DNA of 64,000 nucleotides, taken from Camelus dromedarius (lineage: Eukaryota). The stretch lies in NCBI RefSeq assembly GCF_036321535.1, contig NC_087436.1, positions 53,508,001 to 53,572,000 on the forward strand. The letters are read 5' to 3'. Shown in pieces: positions 30,144 to 46,015 of the stretch; position 1 is the first letter of the stretch, and every line of letters begins with the position of its first letter. The notes under the pieces were generated by a model. It was not told where the DNA came from and searched no databases. It saw only the letters and a program-made list of their open reading frames with translations. The translations under genes and the position numbers were made by a program.

Positions 30144-30959
30144 AATGCAGGCCCTTTCGAGACAGTATCCATGCTCTTAACCTTTATGCAATACATACAT
30201 AAAAATCGGAAAAGATAATAAACTGTTAACATTCTCTTAGGATATCATCATAACAGTTTTCATTTTATACACGTCTGTTTTAAATTTATGCAAAGAGTAT
30301 ATACTGCTTTTTATAATGAAAAACAAATGGAGATATTTACATTTTGAAAAAACACACTCAATGGAACGGCAAGATCTCTCTCCCTACTAACAATCATTTT
30401 ATTTCATTATATTTCTGCACTCACACTTTTAACCACCGTAAAGCTAGTCTACTTGCTGTTACACACGTGCCTCAGCTTGCTTCCATTTCTATAAACACAT
30501 CCTTCCCCTGGAGAGAATGTCCTTCCCTTCATTCAACCTAATACACACCTTTTTTTTTTTTTTTCAATTTATCCAAATCCGGTTCTTCACTTGCCTCCTT
30601 CAGGAGACCTCGCAGGACCTGTCCTTACCTACACAACTTTTCAACTATTTACCATGCTGCTTTGAACAACTGCCCTTAGGAGGTTTTCTTTGTGTCCTCC
30701 ACAGAGCCATCAGCAAAGTTTCTCCTCTCCCAGAGGCAAGGACAGTCCAGTGGCATGGAGCATACTGCACACGCAGAGCTCGATTTCTAAAGACATTCCT
30801 CCCAGAAACACGGGCTCCTTTGGAGACAGGATGGATTCCAGATCTGGGATAAGGAAATGACAAGGTAAATCTGATTTGTCTTGGGCCGAGAATCTAGAAA
30901 AGACTAATGGAGGAGGGTCAAAAGGATACAGAAGCCACTTCAAAGGTGGTATTGTGTAT

Positions 30960-32030
30960 GCTTAAACCACGAGGAGAAAGACTGCTGAAGAAATGCATAT
31001 TCTCAGAGTGCCAGAGCATCACCCTACAGATGACGTGGCAGTAACTGCAAAGTGAAAAATGTATGTTTACAATAGTGAGCTGGTAGCAACCTCTTTAACC
31101 AAGTGTTCAAATCTAGGAGCGGGACAACCAGGCATTCTATACCTCCTGATGTGATTTAATACGAAGTACACAGCATCATCTATGAGTCTTGTCAAGTGAA
31201 TCTTGACAGAACCTAGTTAGGCCTTTGGGCCTGATTCTGGCTTACAGAACAGACAGGTGATAAAAGAACAACTTAAAGACACTATGAGGAAACAATCAGA
31301 TAATCAAGAACAACGTGGATATTCTACAAGACAACTGACTAGTCTCTTCAAAAAGTCAACATCATGACAATAAAGATGAAAGAACTGTTCCAAATTAAAA
31401 GAGACTAAGAAACATAACAAATCAAATGCTATGTGTGAGCTTTGATAGGATCCTGACTTTAAAAAATAAAAAAACTTAACCATTGAAGATGCTCAGGCAC
31501 AGGGAACTATATTCAATACCTTGTAGTAATCTACAATGAAAAAGAATGTGAAAACAAATATATATTTGTATATGTATGCTTGAACCATTAGGCTGTAGAC
31601 CAGAAACTGACACAACACTGTAAACTGACTATACTTCAATAAAAAAAAAAATTTTTTTTAATCAGTCTTCCAACCTCTGGAAAGAAAAACAGTGCTCAGG
31701 AGGTAACTGAGAAATCTGAATAGGACTGACTATTAGATGATATTAGGGAATTCTTGTCAATATTCTTACATGTAATCATGGTATTGTAGTTAAAAATGTC
31801 CCTGTGGTTAGAAGATGCATGCTGAATATTAACAGGTGTGGTGTCATGTCATCTGTGACTTATTCTCAAATGTTTCAACAAATATATTTATACAAATGCA
31901 ATACACACAAGCACACATAAATAAAGCATTTAGCAAAATATTAATATTAATGTAAGTGTTGGGTATACAGCAGTTACAAGATTTTTTAAATTTTTCTATA
32001 GATTTGAAAATTTCCACAATAAAAAGCTAG
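30960..32030 (+). mobile_element. Old L1MC/ME-type 3'UTR interrupted by a young L1 3' end (31498-31692)
   Basis: ttaaccaagtgttcaaa..cctcctgatgtgat..aaaagagactaagaaacataaca; insert flanked by tgctcagg direct repeats. Confidence 0.7.
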
Positions 32031-32219
32031 GGAAACTCAGTAAAGTTCTAAAATAATTAAGTGGAAAAAAATTCCTCCTCTATAACTTTCACTTAGCACC
32101 TCCTTGTCATTTAAATGTTTTTTTAAAGTACTTCCTGTCCATACAAGTAACCATAAGTCCCTTGAGAACAGTTAAATTTCTGCAGGTTTACAGATATGAA
32201 AATAGTCCAATGAATGTTG

Positions 32220-32940
32220 TTATTCATAAGTAACACATCAGACCAGATCGGCAAAAATCAAAATGTCTATTAATATCAAGTTTTAGTTAGGATATGGAAC
32301 AACATAAAGTTTCTCATGATGGGAGTATAAAAGCACAAATTGAAAAAAATATGGCACCATCAAAACAGAGCTGAACACATATATATCCTATGACCCAAGA
32401 ATTTTTCTCCTAGGTGTATACCCAAGAGAAACTCACAACAGGTGCCAAGGGTTAGGTACAAGAATGTTTAGAGTAGCACTGTTTATAATAGCAAAACCTT
32501 GGAACAACCAAAATTTTCATCAACAAATGGATGAATAAACATGCATTAATTCATCAGAACACCATACAGCAATGAAAATGAACTGGAGCAACATGCAACA
32601 TAGATGAATCTCAAGAACATAATGTTAAACAAAGAAAGCAAGTTGCAGGAGAATACTTGCAGTGATTTCATTTATTAAAATTTCAAAAACATCAGGGGGA
32701 GGGTATAGCTCAGTGGTAGAGGATATGCTTAGCATGCACAAGGTCCTGGGTTCAATTTCCAGTACCTTCATTAAAAAAAAAAAAGAAGGAAAAAGGAAAA
32801 ATATCAAAACTAAGGAATCAAACATATGAAAAAGCAAATGAATGATAAACACAAAATTCAGAATAGAGAGTACCTTCTGATTTTTTACTTGTTTTACTAA
32901 TAATGTTCTTCTTAATAATTTAGGTGGTAGTACGGAGGCA
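32220..32940 (+). mobile_element. Old L1 (ORF2 end / 3' region)
   Basis: atatcctatgacccaaga..ctcctaggtgtatacccaagagaaa..gcactgtttataatagcaaaac. Confidence 0.7.
32695..32796 (+). mobile_element. Vic-1-type SINE, short form, nested in old L1
   Basis: tRNA-Ala head + poly(A); TSD aaaaacatca / aaaaatatca. Confidence 0.88.
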
Positions 32941-35900
32941 TTTACTACATCATGTTCCTTTAGATCCACATTTTGTTGAACCATTCATCCATCCATGGAT
33001 ATTTAGATTGTTTCCACAACTTTGCTATTGTGAACAGTGCACAAAATGAAAACTCATTTCCAATGAATAATTGAAGAGAAATTTCAGAAGGTCCCCCTCC
33101 CAGGTTCAACTATAGCTGCTGAATACACACATGAAAGGCAGACCTAGCCTAAAGGGTGCGTTGAATTGTTCTTTATTCAAAGGCAGATCCAAGACTGATA
33201 CTAATCAAAGGAATCAAAATAAGAAGATTTATAATTGTTGAGCCCAGCACTACCTGCCCAAGCACGAATACGCAAATGCTTCATGTTAAACCTGTGAGGT
33301 CAAAAGAAGTTCAAGATCAAGCAGAAAGGATAATTATATTTATATCTGGCTACATTAAAACTTTAAAATGGAGAGAATCCCAATGGTTGTTGCTGTATAG
33401 AGTATTCCTGCCTACATTACATCTACTAAATGGGTTTGCTATTAATACCAAAGACAATTCCTCATTAATAAGGAGGGAGCTACCATGCCACTGCTTCTCC
33501 CTCCTGACATGTAGAGCTAAGTATGTGCTTAGCAATGGGCTTATGTGTCTGTCACTCCTACCAAATTAAAATTTACTAATTTTGCAAGCATGTCAAACCC
33601 GAAGAAGACTTACCCTCCTCCAAATAAAAAAATGACTAAAACTTTTACCACAAACTATATGAACAGTGTAAAACCACATCTATTTGTAATAGCCCTTCAA
33701 TCTCTAAAAAAGTAATTCAGACCTAAAGACTTGTTCCAATTTTTGATTATCTACCTACCAACCAAATGATGCTTGCTTTGTATAAGTTCTACTGGAACAC
33801 ATAATTCATGACAAAACCCCAACATAGGCATTTATAATACAAGCATGTCAATAAAAAGACATCTCTCTTTATCACCAGAAGGTCCTCTAACAACAACATA
33901 TTGACTACACTGTGAGAACTATTAGCAGCTTGGGATGGTTCAATTCTGTGTTCATGTAACAGTCCAACCATTATTCTATACTCCCAAGTAAATCAAAATG
34001 ATTTAAATTCTACAAGAACATTTTTTGAAGAGCAGTTAAACGGCAGCTAAAAAACAGAAAAAAAAACTAAATTCAACTACACAGGAGTAAATAAAGGACA
34101 GTACATCTCTCACATAGTATATTATTCAGCTATTACGAAGGATAATACAAATGTAGCTGTAACAGACATTGTCAATACTTTGGTTAAGACATAAAAGTGG
34201 GCAAAATCCCTAAGATTATGTATATTATCATGCCATTTTGATAAAAACACATACAAGTAAATGCACATAAATGTATGTAAGAATATATCAATATATTCGT
34301 AAGACTATCCATCAAAAAACTCACAGAAATTATCACTGGGTAACTTTTTACCTGTATTTTCTAATTTTTCAACAATAAATAAAAAATTTTTTAACAAAAA
34401 AAATCACAACCTCTCTAGACCTTCATCCTATCTTTTTGTTTTTATAAACAAAAAGCTAAGACAGCTGTACCCAAACACCTAACAGCAATATCCAGGGGTA
34501 GCATGAGGTAATGTGAGGAATTTAAAGAAAGTCCCTAGAAACAAAAAGTATAGTATGGTAATACCTCCATTGATTATGAAGAAGAGTTCCAGAAACACTC
34601 TGCATTGTCAGGAAGTTTGTTACTAAAGGAGAAAGAGTTTTAGAGGGCAGGGCTGCATTTCACAGATGCTACGCGCTAGAAGGACAATTCATTCCTCACT
34701 TACAGCTCCAACCTACCAGATGCCCACCCGCTCACTTTCTCCCTGAAGACCCAGTCAGTCATCTTACACTGCCACTGCTTCTTTGAAAGAACCTGTTGCC
34801 AAGAATTTGTTCCAAATGTTCATAAACAAACGACGCTTCTCCTTAGACATTTTTAAACTTTCCTTACTACTGTAACAGTACTAGACATAAGGCTATATGC
34901 ATAATACAACTATTTACTGAACACTGTGTAAGGCACTTATTTACCTTCGCCTCAAGTCCATGAAGAGGGTGCACCATTAGCCCTTTCTTACAAAATTGAA
35001 GATGACTTTCCCAAGAACGTGGTAGCAAAAATTTTATGCCCAGGTCAGACTCCAAACTCAGTTACGCTATACTACCTTTTAAGTTCTCGTGCCTTTTAAA
35101 GGGTTGCGAATCACTCAGGTCCTTCTCAGTAGGATCCTTTAACTGAAGACAAGATAGTATCTGCCCTGGGGTGTTCACTAAGGGCTGAAATGCTCTTTGC
35201 TTTTCATTCCCAGGCCTATTGACCTTTTTCCCCTTTTTACTTTCCTTTAAGGAACTGAGTGCCTACTGTGTACAAGGCACTTAAAGAAATACAAATGAGT
35301 ACAGCACAGCCTCCATCCTCCAAAAACTCTAACAAACTCCTAGGGACTAGGAATAAATTACTAAACTACTACTAAAACTAGTGAAGTGAACTACCATTAA
35401 GTAAGTTGGACACAACTATAAAGAAACACCATCAAGTGTCAGGAACTCCTGAAAAGCTCAATTTCAAGTGGAATGGGTTTTACTCATTTAAAGGACCAAT
35501 ATTTTTCTTAAGCATCTTAAATAAAAATATTTCTAACTTCTTAAGCATAAAACACAATGTAACAATTTAAAAAGCTAACACTGACTAAATTTATTGCTGT
35601 GCTAAGTGTTTTACACTTAATATTTAGTCTTCACCAAAACCTTGGCATTGGTACTATTCACAGCACCATTTTAAAAGGCTGTAACAAAAAACATGTTATT
35701 TGCCCAAAGTCACACAGCTAGTAAGTGATGGAGTTGGGATTCAAATGCAGCAGTCTACCCCTCTATTCCTCCTTTTGATACATTGATTCAAATGTTTATC
35801 GACCACCTACTACATACAGAGCATTGTGCTGAGAAATGATGATAGAGCAATGAACAAGATAGCTTATTCATGATCCTCACCTTCTGATTAAAAGACAGAT

Positions 35901-36809
35901 AAACAAGAATAAAAATGAGATAATTACAGATTGTATAAAATGTTATAAAGGAAGTAAACAAGGTGATGACAGGGTAACTGGGAAAGGCTTACTTTTGTTA
36001 TGGCCTCTCATAGTTTTGTTCTCAGTTTGTTTCCAAAGACAAGCTGGCCAGACAGCCAGGCTGGGGACCAGAGGAGCAAGGAGAAGAGAAAAGACAGACC
36101 ACTGCTACCGAAGAAGATCCGAGAAGCGGCAAGAAGTCCTAGTTTCAAAAAAAAAAAGTCCTAGTTTCATCACAAATGTGAAAATTGGCTTAGAAAAGTT
36201 AGCGATTGATCAGTCTCAAGTTGGGACTGAAAGAGTAAGTGTGATTTCAGAAGACAGGTGGCATTTGGGGTGAAGGAAAGAGTATAAATACAGCCTCTAG
36301 TTAGAGCAAGAAGATAAAGCTGGACTCAAAAAAGGTGCCCTGACTACAGTGCTAGAATCCTGTAAGCAATGGTAACTCCATTTGTTATGGGTGGGGAATA
36401 AGCACAGACTGTGCTCTGCTAGGAGAAAAATAACTTCTGTAGAAAAGGTTTTGTTCCTTTGGTTTTTGTGGGTGTTTATTCACAAGGTGGAGAACTACAG
36501 TAGGGAAATGAATTAAAAGACCACTACACCTAACTTGGTGAGAAATTTTAAAAATCCACTACAGGAGGTAGTAATAGGAATGAAGAGACACAGCTTCAAG
36601 AGCCGGTCAGCAGGATATGTTTGACCACAGGTACAGCAATGGTACCAGAAATATACCTGCAAAATCCAACATGAAATACCTCCCATCCCACCGTACTGAA
36701 TCAACCCTGCATATCATCACAAATATGTTGGCATTTTTCCACAAACCCCAATGAGCCAATGTTCTTTCTACTGAATAATACTATGCCTAAGAGAATACTA
36801 CCTATCCTT

Positions 36810-37037
36810 GCAGGCACTATGTAGAACAGTATGAAGGGTACTTAAAAAACTAGAAATAACATTACCATATGATCCAGCAATCAATGCTCTGGGCATATAT
36901 CCAGAGAAAACTAATTTGAAAAGGCATATGTACCCCAATGTTCATAGCAGCACTATTTACAATAGCTAAGACATAGAAGCAAACTCAATGTCCATCAACA
37001 GGTAACTGGATAAAATTATGGTATGTATATGTATGTG

Positions 37038-37078
<41 letters not shown>

Positions 37079-37531
37079 TATGGAATATTACTCAGCCATT
37101 AAAAGGAATAAAATAATGCCATTTGCAGCAACATGGATGGACCTGGAGATTATTATATTAAGTGAAGTAAATCAGACAGAAAGACAAATATCATATGATA
37201 TCACTTATATATGAAATCTAAAAAAATGATACAAATAAACTTATTTACAAAACACACATAGAAAACAAACTTATGGTTATCAAAGGGGGAGGGAGGGATA
37301 AATTAGGAGTTTGGGATTAACATATACACACTATTATATATAAAATAGATAATCAACAAGGTCCTACTGTATAGCACAAGGAACTATAGTTAATATCTTA
37401 TAATAACCTATAATGGAACAAATCTGAAAAGAATATATTTATTTATATATATGTATGTATAACTGAATCACTTTGCTGTGCACCTGAAACTAACACAACA
37501 TTGTAAATCAACTATACATCAATTTAAAAAA
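36810..37531 (+). mobile_element. 5'-truncated L1 (ORF2 end + 3'UTR) with internal (CA)n
   Basis: Peptide MEYYSAIKRNKIMPFAATWMDLEIIILSEV; TSD aagagaatactacctatcctt / aagagaatttcacctatcctt. Confidence 0.9.
37041..37077. repeat. (AC)~18 microsatellite
   Basis: Direct read. Confidence 0.95.
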
Positions 37532-38829
37532 AAGAGAATTTCACCTATCCTTAATGAATGATTTCAGATCATCTCTTATAAATCTCAACAGATAAGTGTA
37601 CATATTAACTCTTTCAGCATTACAAATGCCAACTAATTTTAAAGACAAAGTAAAATATAAACCACATTATTCTCTCAAATGGTACACAATTTCCAAAAGC
37701 AAACTAGTGAGTTTTTTAAAGTCCAGGTCCCACATAGGCCTGAACAAATAAGAATTTGAAAATTATTTTAAAGAAACAAAAGGACTCAGGCCAGGTTTAG
37801 CATGTTGAGTAGTTCCAATGCTATTCTTAGAACTAACAACACTTCTTCATGTGCAACTTTTTCCAAATGATACTAACAAGGTCAAGGATCACATCCTATC
37901 TGAAAACAAGACCTGTATAACGTAGCTATGATCTCTTACAATGGCTTATCTACAAGTGTTGGACCTTAAGGATTTTACTTATATGTAATTTTACATATAT
38001 CTCTATGAGTACACGTTTTATATTTGAAATATTTATATTTTTTATTGTTTTTATGAAACAGTGCTACACTATATGGTTGGCCTCCAAAAAAATGCCTTGT
38101 TTAACCAGCATTTCACATTCATTGGCTAATTTGGGCCTCAGGACAATCTTACGAAATATGTAAGTAGAAGTATCATCTTCCCCTCTATACAGTGGTGGGA
38201 CTGGAGCTCAGAAAGATTAAGTAACTTGACTAGTTCGAGACCTCCCAGTAACTGGCAAGGTCAGGGTCCCGACCAGGCCTTCCGATTCTCTGTTCCAGCT
38301 CTCCTCCCCGCAGGACACTACCAATTTAGCAGTTGAATATTCATGTGTCTCTTCAACAAGCCTGGACTGTAACTGAAAGCCAAACCACTGCCGCCGGGCC
38401 AATACTCTCAGCGTGGAAACGCAAGCGGAACACTAGCACTCTTCAGTAAACATAAACAAGAGCACACGTTTCAGTCCGGACCCCATTGAATGCTGGCTTT
38501 GCTCCACCACACAAAACTTACTAAATTACACTATGGCCTTAAAGCATAACCCTTAACAGAACTGTCTTTTTCAATAGGTCGGAAATTCAGTAAATCAGAA
38601 GAGGTGACTCATACCATTAACTTACAGTTTTGCAAATTAACAATTCTGGATGCCAAAGGAAAAGAATGAATTACACAAACCCCTTTCCATCTCCAACCCC
38701 AAAGTTGCTTAAGTGTCAAAGCGCAGCAATAAAACCTAGAGACAGAGGTGGGGCTGAAGCTAACATTCTTCCTCCCTACGACTTCCATCGTCCCAGGCAA
38801 CTCACTCCTCAAAGCCCAGCAGGTCTCTT

Positions 38830-39960
<1,131 letters not shown>

Positions 39961-40329
39961 AAAAGCAAAGTAATTCCCTTTTGAAAGTTCTATTTCTCTC
40001 TGATAGTATCTACCCTGAGGCCTAAGGACCACTGCTCATTCACAAAAAAAGAAGCCAGGGAACTGTCAAGAGGTGGGCTGGGATTTGTGTCCGCCCTCTC
40101 GCCTTTGTGCCCGTTTTTTTTTTACCCACACCTCTCTCCATTCACAGTGTACAGCTGTAGTGATGGTAACGCAACTGCTAGATATTCAATACGAACAATA
40201 ATTTTTTGTATTATCCCAGTTGATTGTTTAAGGGATAAATAGGGGAGAATTGTATTGATCATGAAATGTTGGAGTTGAAAGGCGCCTTAGAGGTACATAT
40301 ATAAAATATTTTTTGACAAAAATTGGACC

Positions 40330-40860
40330 ATACTATGCAGAGTATTTAGTTACTTGTTTTCTTCAGGTATATTGTGAACTTACTTTATTGTCATCAAATA
40401 TACTTTTACCACATAATTATAATGTTTGCATAATATTCTACTGTATCAATAATTTACTGAGCCAAATTCACTAATAATAGATATTTAGGGGTTTTTTTAA
40501 TTGTTGTATATTATAAACAAGTCTTCTGTGAATATACCTTTTTTGTTCGAACTTTACACAAATCCTTATTTACTTAGGATGTATTCTTAAAGGTGAAATT
40601 GCTCCATCAAAGGGTTATCACTGTTTATTTTTCATACAGTTTGCCAAATTTTTCTTCAGGAAATGTGTACAAACTTACACTCTGGTCAGAACTATATTAG
40701 AGATCTTATTTTCTGAGATTTACTAGTGCTAGATATTATCTATTTTAATGCTTTTCATTTTGATAAATGGAAAATTGTAATTTTTATTAGATTATAATAA
40801 GGCTGAACATTTTTCTATGATTACAGCATTTGTATTTCTTCTTTTATGTGTTTATTTGTT
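40330..40860 (-). mobile_element. Ancient L1ME-type remnant, antisense
   Basis: T-rich; gcataatattcta..gtgaaattgct..ttgccaaatt..aaacttacactc..ggctgaacatttttc. Confidence 0.6.
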
Positions 40861-42599
40861 AAAACTTCTTTTTTGCACAACAATACTAAAATAAGAGTCA
40901 AGGCACAAGTTGGCCACGATACCATCACTTAAACACATCAGTGTTTCATCTGTCCTTGTTACCTTCAATCCTTATCCACGTGCATACTAAATATTTACAT
41001 ATTTGTAGTTATCGATAGAATATTTTATTTTCCATTTTCACATAGCACTATGCCATGGATTACTCTTAGATTTAGGGAAAACAGTAAGTCCTATTCCTTT
41101 TCTATATGATAGCTCTTTATATATCTGATACTGTCCTGTCTTATAGTTTGTCACTCCTTACAATATTCCCTTGTGTTTTATAGTATGATTAGATCCCTTG
41201 CAATCTTTGTCCATCTACTTGAGGAATTCCAGTTTGTTGACCCCTGGTGGATTGTGTCCAGGACTGAGCTAATTAAATAGAGGAACAAGAATTTCTGAAA
41301 ACTCTAGTTTAAAAGACCCTCAGGGTTCTTCTCAAGCACGAGGAGGCTGGAAACTCTCCTACTCTTGCTGACCATCTGCTCTGGAGGCTGCTGCTTCCTA
41401 TCAGCTTCAGGAAAGCAGTGCTGCGGGGCAGTTAAGAGCACAGATGTTGCATTAAGATAGGCACACCTGAGTCAGAACCTCTGCCTCCAAACCCCTTCCC
41501 TTAGTCATGTTTCCATGGGCAACTTGTTTAACCTCATTTTCCATATCTGAAAAATACCAATTAGAGCACCTATCTCATAGAGTTTTGTCATAATTAAATT
41601 GGATAGACTTTGTGAAGTGCTTAAGAGCCCAACAAGTGATACTTATTACCATTATTAGTTAGCCTTGCCATCAGCTTCTCTTTTTTTGGTCTCCTTTATC
41701 CCCACAAGACAAGAAGTTGAGTGAGATAAATTTCCTAAGACTACCTTTCTGGCTGTTCTTAAGATAATCAATTTTTATGCTTTTGTTTAAGCATAAAAAA
41801 AATGACAAAACAAATTTTTACAAAATAACATCAGTCATAGTCCCTGTTTTATTCTCTTCCTTCTGATATTCTAACTCAAAGTCTCCATTGGACATCGGTT
41901 TCTGTTTTAACTCTGGTGGGCAACGTTCAGCCAACCCACTTCCAGGTAGAAGAATGGACTTCAGAGTCTCAGATGAGAATTTGGCATTTTGAAGAGTTCT
42001 TTCGCCCTGAAAGCCCTTGTTTCCCTGGACTTTTGCACAGAGAAAAATACTTTTGAGAAAGTGTGTAAGCACATACCCAAAACCATCATCTGAGCACATG
42101 CCCAAAGCCATCTGTCCAACTAGCTACACTGCTTCAAGTGTCCATGTACAGTTCACACTCAACATGGTCAAAAAGAAACTATTGTCCTCTATTTACCCAC
42201 TTCTGCCACCCCCTTTAAATCTATTTTTTCTCCTGAATTCCCTATATTGTTTAGTGACATCCTTTCTACTCTTTTCTCCCAAGTTAAAAATTAGGCTCCC
42301 TCTTCTTCCCCATGTCCCCACATAAAATTAATCACTCAGTCCTATAGATTTTTATCTTCTAAATATTTGTTTTATATGTTCTCTCTATTCTTTGGCTGCA
42401 GTTTTAGTTTAGGCCACTTTAAGCCTTTGCTTAGACTATTACAGTAGCCTCTTAACTGCCTCTAATCCACTGAATCTAATCCTCACCATCAAATTGATTG
42501 TTCTAAGAGACAAATCTGATAATGCCTTTCCCTATTAACATCCTTCACTAATGTAAGACCTGTAGAGCTGGAGCTAGGGTCAAAGAGGTGACCAGAGAC

Positions 42600-43930
42600 T
42601 ATGGAGTTGGGGCCCATGAAACAGTCAGAGCTAAAGGAGATCTGTGGGACCACTAAGGCCAAAGCTAAGGAGATAATCAAGGATCAGGGGCATGGAACAT
42701 AAAGAAGAAATGAGAAAATAAGTAACTATATTAAGGACATTGTGAGCCAAATTTTTCACTCCCTGAGGAGGGAGTTAGAAATACGGAAAGGCTGAAGGCT
42801 AAAACAAATCATGTGGTACTATATTAGAAATAGAAGTATCAATATGAAGGTTTTGATTGATTGATAGATAACATAGACTCTGCATGTGTGTGTGTGTGCG
42901 CGCACACATATATAAGTAAAGCTAAGAGGATCTAATGGCAATGAGCACTCCTAATTTCCAGATCTTGCTTTCTAAATACCATTCTCCACTGAAAGGAGTC
43001 AGAGCTCCTTGAAGAACTGGCGCATTCTCAGAGCAGGGAAAGTACAAGATAAATCTGGAAAGTCTCATTGTACCAGAACATAAAGTAAAGCTCAAAAATC
43101 ATGGAGATTATAAATAGGACACAGTAGCCAATTTGTAGGAGCTCCCAGGGGCCAAACTGGAGACAATCTAAAGGATAATATCAGAGTATAACCCATTTTT
43201 TTTAATAGTAATCCAGGAGCCCATGCTGATAAAAACACATACACAAGCAAATGAGGGACAGAAGTAAGCACTTCTTTACAAAAGAATGTCAACTAATAAA
43301 TGTAGAAGGAATGATGATGTTAGAAAATCACCATTTAGCAGCCATTTTAGTAATACTTTATTTAGGCAAGAGTTAACCAGTGGAGGTGGGCAGTATAGCT
43401 TAGTGGTAAAGTGTATGCATAGCATGCATGAGGTCCTGGGTTCAATCTCCAGTACAGTCATTAAATAAATAAATAAATAAACCTATTTACCTCTCACCCC
43501 CCAAAAAACAAAACAAAACAAAAAGTCACCAGTGGTTACTAAAACAATTGGGGGAAAGTTTTTTAAGGAACAGGATGTTTACATAGCCTCAGTGTAACTT
43601 CTTACAAAATGTTTATCACTTAAAAAGGCAAAATAGTAATTTCACAGATGAGAAACCTTGCAGACACTTTCTTACCTATGTTACAAAAGTTAAAATCACC
43701 AGTAATAGGACAAATCAACTTTGTGCACCTCCTAATAGGAAACATTGAGAACATAAACGCAAACAGAAGACAATCAACAATGTAATTGACCTATACTCTT
43801 CAAAATGCCAATGTCCCAAAGACAGGGAAAGATTTGAAGAACTATTTCAAATCAGGAGACTAAAGAGACATGGCAATTAAATACAACACTTAAAAATGGG
43901 TTAGACTTTGGACCAAAAGAAAATGTTTTT
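42600..43930 (+). mobile_element. L1MC/MD-type 3'UTR
   Basis: ccagatcttgctttctaaataccattctccactgaaagga..gagctcccaggggccaaactggagacaat; homologous to 49270-50370 in this window. Confidence 0.7.
43384..43520 (+). mobile_element. Vic-1-type SINE nested in L1 3'UTR
   Basis: tRNA-like head, (TAAA)n; TSD-like aagagttaaccagtgg / aaaagtcaccagtgg. Confidence 0.85.
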
Positions 43931-44569
43931 GCTGCAAAGGAAATTGGTTATATTTGATCCTTATATGATCTCTTGGTGAAATTACTATTTCTTCAAGATC
44001 CAGCTCAGATATCTCTTCACCCATTACATTTTTGTTGACTTCCTCAGCTCTAGTTAATCAGTGCCTTCCATTGTGCTACCTGTAAACCAGGTACAAAGTG
44101 CTGTTGTTGCAGTTAGCAATAATTTTAAGTAATATGTGTTAAGAACTTACATATGCTAAGCATATGGTAATATATGTAAGTAAATATAGATACTTATGGG
44201 TTTACTTTTAATCCTCACACGGTACTAGTACTAATCCCATTTTTCTTTCTCTGTCCCAAGGTCACATAATCAGTAGGTGGCTAAGGCTGGACTTGAGTTC
44301 AAATCTGTCTAACTACAGATTCCATGCTCTTGACTTCATTGCCTTTAATCTTTCACCTGTCTCTCCTACTGGACTGTAACTTCCTTGTGATGGAAGAGTT
44401 TATGTCGTAATTTTCTCTCTATTCCCAACCCTTAACCCTCTCACAATGCTTGACATATAATAAGTGCTCGATAAATGTTTTCCTTCTTAAGTTTTTTGTA
44501 AATATGAATTATCTCAAACATTGAAAAAAGAAAAAAGATGTGTATATGTGTTGATTGAAAGAGAGAGAG

Positions 44570-45045
44570 TATCTAATTTATCAGAACCCAGAAAGAAGCA
44601 GATAACGCTCTGAAGCTGGGTAATTTGAGAAGAGTAAAGAGTTTTTAAAAAGGACTATATACTAAGGACAGTGGAAAGTATCTTAGAAAGCCAAAAGCAA
44701 TGGTACAATAACTGACAGCTGTTGTACCAGTTAACAATGGGGCAGCATTTCCATTTCTAGGTCTGAAGGAGTAAGGAAACTGGGCAAATACCGAAACCCA
44801 AAGTGAGCTGGGAGGATAGGGCCTCCTAACAGGAGTTGTGACTTTTGGTTAAGAGACCCTGCCAGCCCAAAGCCACCCAGAAGTCAAGAATCTGGGACCT
44901 ATTCTCTCTCTCCTTCCAATCCTCTTAAAGCTACAAGGATAAAGAGCCCATTAAACCATACAAGTCAGCCTCCCAGGACAGAAGGCCAGCTTGAGAAGGG
45001 TGCAAAATGAATCCCGACAGGCAAATGGGAGATAATCCAGAATAA
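44570..45045. mobile_element. Ancient ERVL/MaLR-type LTR remnant
   Basis: cagaaagaagcagataacgctctgaagctgggtaatttgagaagag..ccatacaagtcagcctcccaggacagaag; recognised by eye only. Confidence 0.4.
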
Positions 45046-45593
45046 TATTGTACCTACTACGTTATCTTAAGAAATCGAATATGGCCAATACAGTTGAAGT
45101 CTTCAGAGCACCTCCCCCAGTCACATCCCGCTACTTCCTCTCCTGCAGTGCTGCCATGGAGATTCTTATTCTTCTTCATGGTATGTTACTTTTAAAATAA
45201 TATTGATAACAGACTTTTTGACAAGGACTAACACTTCCCTTGCTCTGTCATGTTTTTATACTTGAGAAGCATCATGGTATGAACAATGAGTTGGCCGTCA
45301 GAAAACTCTGATCCACGCATGTGTCTAGCTCCTAATCTTTTGTCTTGTGCAAAGCACTTAAAATCTTTGAACTTTTGTTTCCTCATCTGTAGAACATTGT
45401 TACGAAAATCAAATTAGCTAGTACCTATGAAAGCACTTTGTAAACTGTAAAGCACCGTATGAATGTAAATGATTGCTGTTTGTTTGCCTTCCTTCTGTAT
45501 ATAACTTCCTGTGAGAGCAGGAACCTTATCTCTCTTGTTTGTTTGCTGTTGTGTCCCTGGTACCCAGAATGGGGGCTGACACAGAATAGACAA

Positions 45594-46015
45594 TGCATTA
45601 GTATTAATCATGGAAGGCTAACGGCTATGACAGACAATCCCAAAACTCTGAGTGGCTTAAGAAAATCAAAGTTTATATCTCCCTTACATCAGAGTCAGTT
45701 ATAGGTCAGTCAGGGAAGGCCTGCTCTCTCCCTCAGTCAGAGATTTGGGATCCATCTTTTATCTCTACCCCTTCCTAGGTCCCTGGAATCCTTTGGAATC
45801 CTTACCCGAGGATAGGCTGGCACTGGAGCTTTTTTGTGCATGAGATTTAACAGGCCACCCCTAGGAGTGGTGTAATTCACTCTAGCCCAGTGTACTGGCC
45901 AGAAGTCATTCACTGGCCACATCTTACTCAAAGGGATACTAGAAAATGTAGTTTACCTGTGGCCCCAAAATAAGAGAAAATGACTTTGATCAGCATTTAG
46001 CCAGTCATTGCTATG
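45594..46015. mobile_element. Old MLT1 (J/K/L-like) LTR
   Basis: ggctatgacagacaatcccaaaactctgagtggcttaag..aaagtttat..ctggccagaagtcattcactggccacat. Confidence 0.6.
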
